The notes: generated by a model from the letters alone, not told the origin. Shown: positions 37,756 through 52,214, numbered from the stretch's first letter. The stretch is 64,000 bases of DNA from Octopus vulgaris (GCA_951406725.2 OX597823.1:63736001-63800000), one strand, 5' to 3'. A program made the numbers and translations.

Positions 37756-39461
37756 AGTTTCTGTGTACTGGACCCACTCACAAAGTGGCTTTGATTGGCC
37801 TAGGGTTATAGCAAAAGACACTTGCACAAGGTGTCATGGATAGAACTTGAAACCAGAACCAAGTGGTTGGGAAGCAAAATCCTTATCACACAGCCACGCT
37901 TGTGCCTATAAAGTGCAAAAATGTTTAATTGTACATCTATGGTCACTGATATAGCCCTACTCTACTTACTAAAAGTCATTATTGACCAGATTTTACAGGC
38001 CTTTGGGGGTGATTTGTTTGTCCTATATATATTTTGGACACTTGCTAGTTACTTTTATCTCTCTTGCGCATTTCAAAAACTTTTTCAACTTAAGTTTGAT
38101 TTTCTTTTCTTTCATTCCACTTCACTGAAGATGTTTATTGAATTGTTCACTCATGGGGCAAAATGCCTTGCAGTATGTAATCACAAGCTCTACAATCTTT
38201 ACACTCTGAGTTCAAATGTCACAAAGGTGAATTTCACCTTTTGAACATTATTTGATTGGTAGAATAAAGTACTAATCAAGCGCTGGAGATGAAATACATT
38301 CTCTTAATACATCCTTGATGTGAATGGAATTACAGTAGAAGACTTGTGAGGATGCATGGCTGTTGTAGCCTCTCAACCTTGTGATCTTTTCACATCAGTG
38401 GTGTGGATGCCTTGGGTTTGCTTCTGTTGATAAAGTGAATATATAAATACATAGAGGAAATCAAAATGAAACTTATCCTTTGATTATTTTATTGACAATA
38501 AGAATAGAGAAATTGGAGATTCGAAACAAATTGCAGAAGATTTTATTGGATACACATGAAACAAACAAGGATCTCGTGACAAATAAGCAAGGTGTTTTCA
38601 TCGTGACTATCATCATCATTTAACATCCATTTTTTCCATGCTGGCGTAGGTTAGGTGGTTTGACAAGGATCCAGCAAGCCACTGGACTGTGTTGAGCTCC
38701 AATGTCAGCTTTGGAATGGTTTCCAAAATTCGATGCTCTTCCTAATACCAGCCACTTTATAGAGTGTACAGGTGTTTTTTCATGTCACTGGCACTTGTGA
38801 ATTTGCTAAGTAACTTGTAAGACAGGAAACAAAGAACAGGAAGAATCAAAAGCCCTCTTGACTAAATGGTAGGGAGGAGTATTTGAAAGAAGTGGGTGGC
38901 TTGACATCAAGTGTTGAGTGGCTGTAGTTATGATAGATGGACAAGTGCAGGTGTCTTTCTACAGGGAAGATACATGGCTACCTGGGTAGATGGCAATGGC
39001 ATAGCTAATAGGGAAGCAAGGGGAATGACCACTTCCTCACCAAGCACATTTTTCAAAACTGGCATCTTTTCAACAATTTTTTAATTCTTTAGTTCACTTG
39101 TACAATAAAAGTCAAATTTGTTCTTCTCTTAATTGAACTTTCTGGAGTCATTATTTTATTTAATCAACCTTCTGCATTTTTGAACTGTCTACTTAATCTA
39201 TTGTGATGTGTGACCACTGAAATCTGAAAAACCAAAACAAACCCTAACGTCCATAACCTATTGACACTAGACAATCCCGTGAAGCACTAGCATAGCTAGG
39301 GGTGTCTGGTAGGGGCACTTTTCCTCATGTTGTAGGCTACTGCAGTACTTATTTTTTAAGTCTGATTATCATTCTCTAACTGCTAAATTATAGGGATTTA
39401 AAAAAAAATAACCCCAGCATCACTTGTCAAGTACTGAGGTGAGGTAAAATACAAACACAAA

Positions 39462-39493
<32 letters not shown>

Positions 39494-40039
39494 GCTTCCA
39501 CACAGTTTCCATGTTCTAAATCTACTCACCAGGTATTAGTTAGCCAGGGCTACTGAAGGAGAGACTTGCCCAAGGCATAATGCAGTGAAGCTGAATCTGC
39601 TGAGCTTTTTATCTTTTTAATTTTCATCTGGTTTACATTGGTTTTGTATATCTGCCTAAAAAGACAGCTCTACGATTCTGTTTGAAGTTCGGCTGTGTTT
39701 TACTTATCAATAAAAAGAAATTTTATATTTTACATTTTATATGTTATCCATGGGAATGTGTGCATCTGTGTGTTTGCACATTTGTGCATCATACAGTATT
39801 TTTAAAGACCATAAAGATAATTTTCTTGCCAATACAAATTCCAGATTAATAAACTGGCAAAAATGACAGCGGTAATCACTAAAAACAGCTTAGATTTCAC
39901 AATTTTTTTAACATAAACAGCTGGATTCTCTAACATCATGGAATAATCATGTAACTATCAGTAAGTGGCATAGTAATATCAAGAATAAGCACCTTTGTAA
40001 ATTTTCACAGTTGGATATAATAGAGTTCTATCCATCTAT

Positions 40040-40143
40040 AATTGAAAGTTTTCTTCAAAACGATTTATAACTCTGTAAAGGTGTTATTCTAATTGAAAGT
40101 TTTCTTCAAAACAATTTATAACTCTGTAAAGGTGTTATTCTAA
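40040..40143. repeat. ~52 bp tandem duplication
   Basis: AATTGAAAGTTTTCTTCAAAAC(G/A)ATTTATAACTCTGTAAAGGTGTTATTCT twice. Confidence 0.9.
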
Positions 40144-40149
40144 TAAGTA

Positions 40150-42560
40150 ATACTGATATGAATATTATTAAGCTTCCAAAGAAATATTTGTTGTATTTCC
40201 ATAATATGTTTGTTGCTAAATACAATGGCCAGAAAATTATCTGATTTAATCAAGGGATCATACAATTAGATTGAAGTTAGTGAGTTAATAGGACTGTATA
40301 GCTTATGTTTACTTTGAAAGAGGTAATGCTCTTATCCTGATGATGGATTAATCATTTTGCAAAGGATGAAAGGTTTACATCATAGATATAGATGAAGTTT
40401 GTTAGCATATTCAAGGGGTTACATTCAAAGATCACAGTAAATATAAATTTAAACATTGTTAATTTCTTTGATTTAACTTTAGATTTAGGCATTGCTGCTA
40501 AATGTTGTTCTTGTAGTAAAACTAATAAGAAATTTTCATTCATTTGTATAAATTGCAAGCATATCCCAATAACCCTAAGAAAATGCTTTTCTGAGAAATG
40601 CTTTCTGACTCATACACTGTTTACTTCCCAGACATTTGTACATTACTGCATATGCTTTATATGCACTTTTGACAAGTTGTGGTGCAACTGAGCGCTGTAT
40701 ACAATAATTTCATTATATTTTAACACTTCAGCATTTAAACCAGCCATATTCAGCCCAAATATTCTATTTGATTTATGCCCGAACTAGCCTCTCAACCCTA
40801 CCCTATAATGTCATTCTGAAAATAAACAACCATATCGAAATTTTGAAGCTTGATTAATTCAAAACAATCCATAAATACAAGCATGTCTTTTACAGCCATG
40901 CCTTCCATTCCTTCTCTCTTGTGAGCTCACAGATGCTGGTGCCTTGTAAAAAGCATCCATTTCTGTACCATGTAAAAAGTACCATACTGGTGTCATGTAT
41001 AAAGTACCCATGTGAGTGCCTCGTAAAAAGCACTTGTACTAGTGCTACCTATGCAGGTATCCCATGTATGTAACAGCCATGTTGGTGCCACATAATAGCA
41101 CTAGTGCTGATACCATGCAAAAAGCACCCAGTGCATTCTGCAAAGTGGTTGGTGTCAGGAATGGCATCCAACCATTGAAACCCTGCCAAAACAGAGAATT
41201 GGAATTCGGTGCAGCTCTTTGGTTGGCAAGCCCCTGTCAAACTGTCCAACCCATGTCAGCATAGAAAATGGGCGTTAAATGATGATAATGTAAATGAATA
41301 AGTATTAAATTTGGCAGAGTAATATGAACGCCTAAGGGTTTATGATGTCTGTAAGTATAAATCCATCTTATTCTCAGATTAGGAATGCTTTAACAATGCA
41401 TTGTATTCTCAGATGAAGAATATTTTATATTTTAACAATACAATGATGCATTAAAAGACAATAGTCTTGAAAACTCTATACGTTGCACTGAGAATGACAT
41501 TGAGAATCATAAACACTGAAATGTGAAATAAAATATGGGGTTCACTCCTCTAAAGGTTAAATGTTCATTCTAATGTTGACAGGTCTTTCTTAAATTTTAT
41601 GAATAAACATTTCCTCCATTCGCAGATATCATAAGACTGTTATAGAAAAAGAAATAGCCTCAAAGTGAGCTACAGTTGCATGAAAATGTTCATTGCTTTA
41701 TAACTAGAATAAACAGAAGAAACTGTTCCTGTGTGAACATGCAAAACTCTTCTCTGAGTAATTGTTACAAAGACAATACTTGCCATGTCGATGGTGTTTT
41801 TTTAAGGTATTAATTTATTGAATTAGAATCAGTCTTGCAGAGGATAAGTACTACAAAAAGCTATATAAGGCTTACTGAAAATGTCTTTCAAAAATTCATG
41901 CAGTATATGGACGAGAACAGCTGCTTAAAGAAGTACTGAGCTCTAATTGTGAAGGGTACCTGTGGAGAGGGTAGACCCAGGAAGACGTGAGATAATGTGG
42001 TAAGAAAGGATCTTCGGACATGGGGCCTCACTGAGGAAATAACAAGGGACCGGGAGATGTGACAGTTTGCTGTACTTGATAAGATATGTCAAGCTAAATA
42101 CAATCACTGTCTTCCACACATACAGGATTGTCCTTTCAGGTGCTGGTGCCACTTTAAAAGTACTTGGGCTGATGGCACGTAAAAGACACCCAGCACACTT
42201 TAAGTGGTTGGCATTAGGAAGGGCATCCAGCTGTAGAAACCATACCACAATAGACAGTTGGAGTTTGGACTGCTTCCTGCTAGCCAGCTCCATGTCAAAC
42301 CATCCAATCCATGCCAGCATGGAAAGCAGACATTAAACAATGATGAGGATGATGATATATGTACACATTCAAATACTCAAAAAGATGCCTTACTACTTCT
42401 CTAACCAAATTTATCTAGAGTTTGAGGAATGATGATATGGAAAATTATAAGATGAATTGGTTTGTTAGGAACACACTTCACCTTACATTAATGGCTCCAG
42501 AATGTGTGATTTCTTTCTCTTGCAGAAATATATCATCCTAGTACAGATTTCAAATAAAAA
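40150..42560 (+). mobile_element. Highly decayed Penelope-like RT/GIY-YIG remnants interrupted by SINEs
   Basis: Fragments KITVNINLNIVNFFDLTLDL (~40430), KIWGSLL (~41530), SLKVSYSCMK (~41655) and KSYIRLTENVFQK (~41857). Confidence 0.5.
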
Positions 42561-43278
42561 ATTACAATAAGTGAATTCCTGCAGACACTTCTATTGACAT
42601 TTATTGTGGAATTTTCAGCTGCCAACTGACCAAAAATATTTCATCTCCTACATTTGTTATATCCTACCCTAATGGTCTTATTTTCAAGAAATCACTTATT
42701 CAGCAACTCAAAACTTTATCTATGTGGGAGCTGCTTCCTTTGTTACATGTGTTTTATAGATGTCATCTTGAAGACATGAAAGATTATATGCATGCAGATA
42801 GATGAATATATTACAAGTTCTGTGCACAGCAATCAATACATGAATGTGTGATGCAATTTCTAACATTTTTTTCAGCAACCAATCTTTGTACAGGGCTTTA
42901 GTGGCTGATGATATGTGCATCTCTGATCATGAGCACAAGTAGTTGGGAAGCATTATAGCCATGAATTGAGAAGAATTCTTGAGTTTGGATAATTCACCTC
43001 TGGAAACATGGGTGTTTCATTCAGCATCCTTTAACAATCTTTATTCAGGGACCTTTTGAGCAGGATGGGCTACTCAACCTGAAGAAAATTCTAACTGGGC
43101 CCCACCTGCAAGGTCATGTTCTGTTTATCTTGATATGAGATCACTTTGTCATGCACATATAGTTGTGATGCATGTGCCTGGTGTATCCTTATCAGACAGG
43201 TAGTCATGATGGGTATACTAGGCTTCGTATATTTGTACCCCAGTGTCACTTTGATGGCATGTGTTGCTCTCTCACTCA

Positions 43279-43310
<32 letters not shown>

Positions 43311-43489
43311 CATAATAATAATAATAATAATAATAGTGATTGGTCTTAGGAAGGACGTCCAGCTGTGGAAAGCCATGCCAGAACAGACAATGGAGCCAGA
43401 TATGGTTCCTAGTCTTGCCAGCTCCTGTCAAACCATCCAACTAATGCCAGCATAGGAAACAGATGTTAAATGATGATGATGATGAAGAT

Positions 43490-44070
43490 GAATGCAACAG
43501 CTATGCTTACACAATAACAGAAGCAAAACTGTATTACTTTGGTTCCAAGAATAGATATCACAAAAAGTTGGTATGAACACCAACCTAAACCAAAAGTTGA
43601 AAGTAACAACATCCCTATCCTTTGGTCAGGACATTATAGTACACACTAATTACACAATTAATGCCAATTGCCAAAATATTGTCATTTAAGATACCAAACA
43701 TGAGAACTTCATATTTATAGATATTACAATATCATCTGACAAAATTATGATAAATTTGCCAAATATAAACTCTTTAATTTTTTAACATGTTTCAACTTTA
43801 AAGCTGCAATCATGCTGGAGCACCTTCATTGAAAAAATATGGATCGTTTCATGAATTTGTGTGTCATCCTTGTGCAGGTGAGAAATTGAAATAAGCAGGA
43901 TATGGCCCCCGAAGACAGAAAAAATATCAGTTGTGACAGGAGCTCTAGGGTTCATTAAAATGTCAGTGACTTTCTTGAAAGAATTTCCAGAAGAATCTAG
44001 AATATATAAAACCAAGAAATAAATATGAAACAATATGACTCACATTCTACATAAGTTCTTGTCCTTGTAA
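43490..44070 (+). mobile_element. Decayed RLE-type LINE 3' fragment
   Basis: WYEHQPKPKVESNNIPILW...KTEKISVVTGALGFIK. Confidence 0.6.
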
Positions 44071-44285
44071 TCTATATACTGGAAACATTTTCTTCTCTCT
44101 GATATTATTTGAGCCAAATATAAAAACCCAACAGGACCAGAAGCTGTATGAGATAATAATATTTACACAGCAATGCCTGCCCTAGGCCTCTTGTTGTTAC
44201 CCACCAGGTGTTTGTTATGTTGCTAATATCAAAGGAAGAAAAATGATAATGTATATGTGCATGTTGTATGACTATGTTTTTACAC

Positions 44286-44317
<32 letters not shown>

Positions 44318-44333
44318 CACCACCACCACCACC

Positions 44334-44385
<52 letters not shown>

Positions 44386-45230
44386 TCCATGGGTATTTAT
44401 TTTTCTATTATTGTGTAGGCATAGCTGTTGCATTACAACGTAATATCTTTTTTTTTCTAAATACAGTAGGCAACTTCTGGATTGATGTGAATTGTGATTG
44501 GCACTGTTGTTGCCTAGTTTATATTTATGCTTATATTCTTTATAAGCAATAAATACAAGCTGGGCAATAACAAAGAGGTTCTAGGAAGTATCCACTATGC
44601 ATTACAATACAAGAGCTACTGCAGCTATGGCTGTCACTGAGGAGGTAGAAAGTACTGCAATCCCAGCTTTCACTATTGAAACAAGACTTACCTAACCATA
44701 CGTACAACAATTAAAGTTGTTCATTTATTACAAAAATATTACATAGATCATTCATAAGCTCAGACGGTACTGATGACATTGGTGGTTATGATGAAGTGAT
44801 GAAATATATAAGGTTTCCATGAAGATGATGAGATAATTTTTTTTTTTTGAAACATTTAAGCTATAGATTTTCTTAGGAAAAGTATTACCAATTTCCAGGA
44901 TATCTAATGCTTATAATAAATATTATTTAGATACCATATAGCAGAAGTAATCCATTATTCAGTTTAATACCATCACCATAAATTAACCAATATAATCTCT
45001 GCAAACATTTATGCAACATTTTTTCCCCGTCACCTTACAATATGTTTCAATAACAAACTTAAAGAGGCACAGGAGTGGCTGTGTGATAAGTAGCTTGTTT
45101 ACCAACTACATGGTTCCGGGTTCAGTCCCATTGCGTGGCACCTTGGGCAAGTGTCTTCTACTATAGCCTCGGGCCGACCAAAGCCTTGTGAGTGGATTTG
45201 GTAGATGGAAACTGAAAGAAGCCCGTCATA

Positions 45231-45263
<33 letters not shown>

Positions 45264-46095
45264 GCGTGTGTGTGTGTGTGTTTGTGTGTCTGTGTTTGTC
45301 CCCCTAGCATTGCTTCACAACCGATGCTGGTGTGTTTATGTCCCTGTTACTTAGCGGTTCGGCAAAAGAGACCGATAGAATAAGTACTGGGCTTACACCT
45401 GGGGTCGAGTTGCTTGATTAAAGGCGGTGCTCCAGCATGGCTGCAGTCAAATGACTGAAACAAGTAAAAAGAGTAAAAAAAAGAGTAAAGAGAGAGCCAG
45501 AAAGATTTTATGAAATTCTTTGCCAAATTTCTCAGGCCAATTTTCCATGATACACACACATACACAACAAAAAAGGAAAAAGTGAAGAAAGGATTTTCCG
45601 AATGCGTTCATAAGAGTTTTCTTTAAATGCTTATTCTACACACCCACCATCTATAATTCCTTCATGAATAACAACCACAATAAGATTTTGTCAAATATTT
45701 TGCTAAAGTGTTAAATACATGCTTTTCTATAACAAATATTACACCATATTCTTCACCGTTGCTTTTTCCTATTATTGTATAATAAAGGAAACACATCAAA
45801 TATCCCCAAAAGATCTTGGCAAATCTTTTATCATTTGTTGTGTTCATTTTTTCCCCACATTGAGAAAAAAAAAATCTTTTACCAAATTTTCATTTGCTCA
45901 GTGTTCTAATTCCTCCTTGATTCCATGACAAAAGACCATAAATAGTTTGTGAAAATATTTTGCAAAGCTTTTATATGTCACATTACTAAAATTCTTGAGA
46001 GAAAAGAAGAGAGAGAAAGAACTGAAACCCCTTAAACAAATTTTAATTTGCCCCTTAATCCCTTGATATAGCATAAAAATTATACAAAGATAATA

Positions 46096-46140
<45 letters not shown>

Positions 46141-46379
46141 GTGGTGGTGATAATCTCTTACTCTTTCACTTGTTTCAGTCTTTTGACTGTTGCCATGCTG
46201 GAGCACCGCCTTTAGTCGAGCAAATCGACCCCAGGACTTATTCTTTGTAAGCCTAGTACTTATTCTATTGGTGTCTTTTGCTGAACCGCTAAGTTACAGG
46301 GATGTAAACACACCAGCATCGGTTGTCAAGCGATGTTGTGGGGACAATCACAGACACACAAACATATACACATACATAC

Positions 46380-46414
<35 letters not shown>

Positions 46415-46592
46415 AAAATAGGGCAAAGTAAAATAATTTACTTTACCACACACCGAGCTTTTTAGAAATAGCAGCCAAAAATTTGGCTATTTCTTCAACT
46501 GCAAGAAAAAGTCTCCCAGACAATGTATACTCAGAAATAACTCACATAGGTATAAGGGAAAAACAACGAAAGATCACATCCATATAAGATAC

Positions 46593-46653
46593 CCGAGGAC
46601 AGCCTGTTTCTGGATTCGTGGGTTAAACGCCAACATTTCCTTCATCAGCTCAG
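46593..46653 (-). ncRNA. Type I hammerhead ribozyme with long stem II, intact core
   Basis: Minus strand: CTGAG-CTGATGA-AGGAAATGTTGGCGTTTAACCCACGAATCCA-GAAA-CAG(G)CTG-TC^CTCGG. GUC triplet, palindromic stem III. Confidence 0.8.
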
Positions 46654-47368
46654 AGCTTTCTTCTGATTTAGATTTGGAAGTACTAAGAATCAAACATACC
46701 CGTCCGATATATGTAACATCGGACATATATATATACATATATATGACGGGCTTCTTTCAGTTTCCGTCTACCAAATTCACTCACAAGGCTTTGGTCGGCC
46801 CAAGGCTATAGTAGAAGACACTTGCCCAAGGTACCATGCAGTAGGACTGAACCCGGAACCATGTGGTTCGTAAGCAAGCTACTTACAACACACCCACTCC
46901 TATGCCTAATTCTTTCACAAGGCCTGAAATTTTGTGGGTGGGGGCTACTCAATTACATCGACCCCAGTGTTTCACTGGTACTTATAGTTTACACTTGTGA
47001 CTCCATTGGTAACTACTGAGCCCAGCTCTTGATAAACATACACTACAGATATTGCAGATCAAGCTTTCCCCATTCACTACATTGGTGGTGCATTTTCAAG
47101 GAGTTCACGTAGATTCTGCACCAAAAATGCACGTTTTTTTTTTTTTGAAAATAACTCCTCCTTCTTTTACTTGCTTCTTCAGGTGGTGGTGAAGACAAGC
47201 ATTGCTTTCCCAATTGACCTCCCATATTTCACATACCTGCAATGAGAATTTTACAGAAATTCTTAAATTGTAATCTTTGTTTTCACTGGGGGCATTTTCC
47301 ACAAACAAGTTTGACATACAGCAACTACTTAGACATCCTCCAATCATTTATCTGGACAATGATTGACA

Positions 47369-47406
<38 letters not shown>

Positions 47407-47410
<4 letters not shown>

Positions 47411-47512
47411 CAAATAAGTAACAAGGATGTCCAGGTATTAGTAGTGCATTACGGCCATTTCAGGTGGTCAAAATGCACTAATACCTGGACATCCTTGTTA
47501 CTTATTTGCTTT
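47407..47512. repeat. Near-perfect ~106 bp palindrome
   Basis: AAAGCAAATAAGTAACAAGGATGTCCAGGTATTAGT...AATACCTGGACATCCTTGTTACTTATTTGCTTT. Confidence 0.9.
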
Positions 47513-47658
47513 TTTATTCACCCTACTTCGAGCTGTGCAGATAATACTAGACTGACTTGGTGCCTCAATGTAAGTATCTAATTCAACTGAAGCTTAATTA
47601 TTTCTTATATATATATATATATATACTTTATTTCAAAGCAGCAGAAATTCAACAAAGC

Positions 47659-47696
47659 CTGTTACTCTGAGTTTCACGTTCCCGTTCGTCAGACAG
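47659..47696 (-). ncRNA. Minimal type I hammerhead ribozyme, intact
   Basis: Minus strand: CTGT-CTGACGA-ACG(GGAA)CGT-GAAA-CTC(A)GAG-TA^ACAG. Confidence 0.88.
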
Positions 47697-47712
47697 TTTT
47701 TTTTAACAAAAA

Positions 47713-47750
47713 CTGTCTGATGAACAGGAATGTGAAACTCAGAGCAACAG
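47713..47750 (+). ncRNA. Minimal hammerhead, inverted partner copy (U16.1 to C mutation)
   Basis: CTGT-CTGATGA-ACA(GGAA)TGT-GAAA-CTC(A)GAG-CA-ACAG. Confidence 0.75.
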
Positions 47751-48506
47751 GTTTTGTTGAATTTCTGCTGCTTTGAAATAAAGCATATTACTCTACCTCT
47801 GGTATTTGAGTACTCTTTTTCCACCTTGTTTCACATTTATGTGTTTGCTCCAGTATATATATATATATATATACAAACACATACATTTACAGGGTTGGCT
47901 AAAAGTCACTCACCAAAACATTTAACATTTTATTCATATTATGTTATTGTTGTTGTTGCTGTTGTTATTAATATTATTATTATCATTAGTATTATCATCA
48001 TCATTATTATGTTCCTTTAATGGCTACAACCTTAAACTTACTTCTCCCCTCTCTTTCTCTCCCTCCTTCTCTTTCTTTCCCTCCCTATTTTCTTCTCTCC
48101 TACCAAATCTCCCTTACACGTACTCCTAAATATTTAACCTCTTCCTTTCGTTTTCTTCTCATTCTTGACCATTTCACACTAAAAATTCTTTTCTTTTTAT
48201 TCTGAATAAATGTATATGCATAGGTGTGACAATATATTTATTTACTGTTGACATAATAAAGTAAACTGAACTTAATATTCACAAAAAATCCCCCTAAAAT
48301 CAGCATCTATCTAATCCAATTATCCTCCCCATCTTTCCCTTCTGTCCTTCTCTATATTCTTAACAACTTCAGACAATTGCCCCCTCCTATATTTTTGACC
48401 TCTTCCTCTTACAGAGCATTATATGTTTTCATACATTTGTTTTGTTTATCTTGTTTTTTTTTACTCTATTTATATTAAGAGCATTAATACACATAAATGC
48501 CCTTAA

Positions 48507-48561
<55 letters not shown>

Positions 48562-48661
48562 TTATATGTATAACTGTCCAACCCATGCCAGCATGGAAAG
48601 CAGGTGTTAAATGATGATGATACTGATGATGTTATATATATATATACATACACACATACAT

Positions 48662-48704
<43 letters not shown>

Positions 48705-49089
48705 CACCTTATATATACACCTTATATATATATACATACATATGTTTTATATTGTATTAGTTTCAGCTCAAAGCTGTGGCCATGCTGGGGCACCACCATT
48801 TTGCTATACTGTTATTATTAAGAACCTCCTTTGATATGTGGTATTTGGTGAATAAAGGAGTTTGATGTCGCTATCCTCATTTGCACCTCCTGTCACAAGG
48901 TAGGTTCATCTGGGACTCTCGTCAGGAAGAGATCCAGTTTTGGATGAATAATGATGCAACTTTCTATGTGCATATTACCAAGATGACAGCATAGTGCAGA
49001 TAAATTGCTGGATGGATTCTGAAATCATTCAGAAACCAGAAAAGAAACGATACCATGGTGTGTGTTGCATCTATGGAGAGCTTTTGTTC

Positions 49090-49570
49090 TTAGTTTTCTG
49101 GTTTACTGTACTGAGTTGTGGTCACTGCAGAGTATCCAACTGATGGTGGAACTTAAAGGAGTCTAGCACCACTGCCTAAAGAAGACTGACTCAGTGCAAC
49201 AGAGGAGCTACTGGGAGAGGCTAAAGGAACTGAAGCTCCACTCCCTAGAGAAAGGGCATGAAAGATATGTAGTTATATACATATGGAAGATTCTGAAAGG
49301 TCTAGCTCTCAACTTTGGAATTGAAAGCTATATCAACCACCAAATTGGATGGCACTACATAGTACCAAAGCTCCCATTTAGAATAAGGACCTAGTAACTT
49401 GGGTTTTGAGAGTCCATAGCTGTTCAACATTCTGCTAAATAGCTTGAGAAATTTGCAAGTTGTAGATGTGGAGGTTTCGAAGAAACCTGGACAAATTTTC
49501 ATCCAAGATACCAGATGGACACTCATCACAGCAGGAGGCATCAAGAAGAGCAACTCTGTTGAACTCGCTA
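49090..49570 (+). mobile_element. Decayed CR1/L2/Jockey-group LINE ORF2 C-terminal fragment
   Basis: SYWERLKELKLHSLEKGHERYVVIYIWKILKGL, a typical post-RT motif (YxERLxxLxLxSLxxRR). Confidence 0.65.
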
Positions 49571-51430
49571 CTTCATCAGAAACAATACAGAAAAAGTGCA
49601 TTGAAAAGGCAGTGCCCAGCATGACCTCATCCTCTTGCTGAAACCAGTAAATGATAAAAGATATACATACATACATACATACATACATACATACGTATGT
49701 ATGTATGTATGTATGTATGTATGTGTGCGTGTGTGCATGTATGTATGTATGTGTGTATGTATGTATGTATGTGGAATGGAAGCACTCCGTCGGTTACGAC
49801 GACGAGGGTTCCGGTTGATCCGAATCAGCGGAACAGCCTGCTCGTGAAATTAACGTGTAAGTGGCTGAGCACTCCACAGACACGTGCACCCTTAACGTAG
49901 TTCTCGGGGATATTCAGCGTGACACAGAGAGTGACAAAGCCGGCCCTTTGAAATACAGGTACAACATAAACAGGAAGTAAGAGTGAGAGAAGGTTGTGGT
50001 AATAGAGTACAGCAGGGTTCACCACCATCCCCTGCCGGAGCATCGTGGAGCTTTTTTAGGTGTTTTCGCTCAATAAACACTCACAACGCCCGTATGTATG
50101 TATGTATGTATGTATGCATGCATGCATGTATGTCTGTCTGTCTGTCTGTATGTATGTATGTATGTATATATGTATGTATGTGTATGTATGTATGTATGTA
50201 TGTATGTATGTATGTATGTATGTATGTATGTATGTATGTATGTATGTATTTATGTATGTATGTATTTATGTATGTATGTATTTATGTATTTATGTATGTA
50301 TGTATGTACATATGTAAGTACGTATGTATGTGCATATGCGACAGGCATGTTTCTGTTACCTTCTCAAGTCATGCCAACTCACAAGAGCTGGTTTCCCAGT
50401 TTTATGGCCTAAATATTCCTCACCTGGACAGGACACTGGGCTGTCACAGGATTATTCATTTTTGCCTGTTGAGTGGACTGAAGCAACATGAAACAAAGTA
50501 TTATGCTCAAGAACACAACACATCACCCTGTCCAGGAATTGAAACCACAACCATATGATCATATAACCAACACAATAACCACACACCTTCACAGTTTCTG
50601 TTCACCAACTTGTACTCCCAAAGACACTTGCAAAAGTTCTAAGCAGTGAGTAAGAAATTGGAGCATTATGTCTGTATAACAAAAACTCCTTAACCACAGA
50701 ACCAGTTGAAATATTTCCTAGTTTTCTTTGGAATATTTTTTCTTGTTTTTATTTCTCCCCAACACCTCCATATATACTTTGTTAGTACTAAAATATAATA
50801 TTTAGTGACTTTTTTTTCTTAGCTTTTTTTGTTACAAAATTCCATAACAACAACAACAACAACAACAACAAACAAACAAACAAAAGCAAAAAAATATAGG
50901 TAAAATATATTCTGAAGTTTATCTTGCCATCCCACACCCAAACCCCTCTTTTTTTTTTTTTACCAGAAATTCCTCTTTTTCTCCCCATGACTTTTTTTTA
51001 CCTTATGATTCATTTTATTTTTCTCCACCAATTCCAATGAAAACTAACCAGAAAGATACACTAGTATAAAGAAGATACGATAACAATATATAATAATACA
51101 TAATAATTCTTTCTTTCTTTTTTCCTTCTTTTTTTTTCCTTTTCTTATTTATTTATTTTTTTTTTTGCAGTGTGGGGCAAGAGTAAGGACAAGAAATGAA
51201 GTATCTGTGTGGGGAACAATGTAGGGTGTAATGAGAAATGCCTTTGGTTATTCTTTTTAGAAGTATTCTTCATTCTGATATTTCAATTTTGTTGTATTGA
51301 AGAACTAAAACTAAATACACACATCACACATATACAAATATATAAACATATATATATATATGTAGATATATGCACATATATAAACACACATATAAATATA
51401 TAAACATATATATATATATATATATATACA

Positions 51431-51462
<32 letters not shown>

Positions 51463-52214
51463 CACATAAAGATAGATAGATATAGACACACTTATATAAA
51501 CACACACATATACACACACATTTAAACAGAATAAGTAAATTGGTAAGTCCACATTAACTCTACTGAGGAAATTGTCTTCATACTATTGCTTGTCAGAAAA
51601 TTCTGTATTAGATAAATATAAATAACACTTCATTTTTTTTCCCCCAAAAAACAGTACATACATACATACATACATACATACATACATACACATGTGCACA
51701 AACATATTCGCATATACATATACATATACAAACACATACACAGTCGGAGCTAGAACTACAATAGTCCAGCAATATTCCTTTACAACTGAAACGAATATAA
51801 CCGAAATAAGGGAGGTAAGTAAGATAATAAGTAGAAAGAAATAAAAGTGTAAAGTTTTACCATTTTTTTTCATCATTAAATTCTTTCAATTACTTTATTT
51901 CTTTTGTCCCCCTGGCACATGCGTGCGCATTTATGGATGTGTTCATACAAGCATAAAAAATTTATGTAAAATGATGATGATGATAATGATGATCTATTCT
52001 ATCTATCTAGCTAGGTAGCTAGCTGTATATATGTTTCATTAAATGCTTGACTATGTTCAAGTTTTATCTTGTTTATTTTAGATTTTTTTCGTATAGTCTT
52101 CTTAACTTTTTATGGTTGGTTTGGAACATTAGAGTTTCTAAATCCATATTCAACATTTCTAGACCTTCACAGTCTCATTATAAAGAAATGAAATGAATAC
52201 ATTGGGCATTTGTA

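Noticed and set aside
44560-44695. Short open frames on both strands (EVSTMHYNTRATAAMAVTEEVEST... / VSLVSIVKAGIAVLSTSSVTAIAAVALVL)
   Set aside because: No recognisable homology, weak splice acceptors and no partner exons found.
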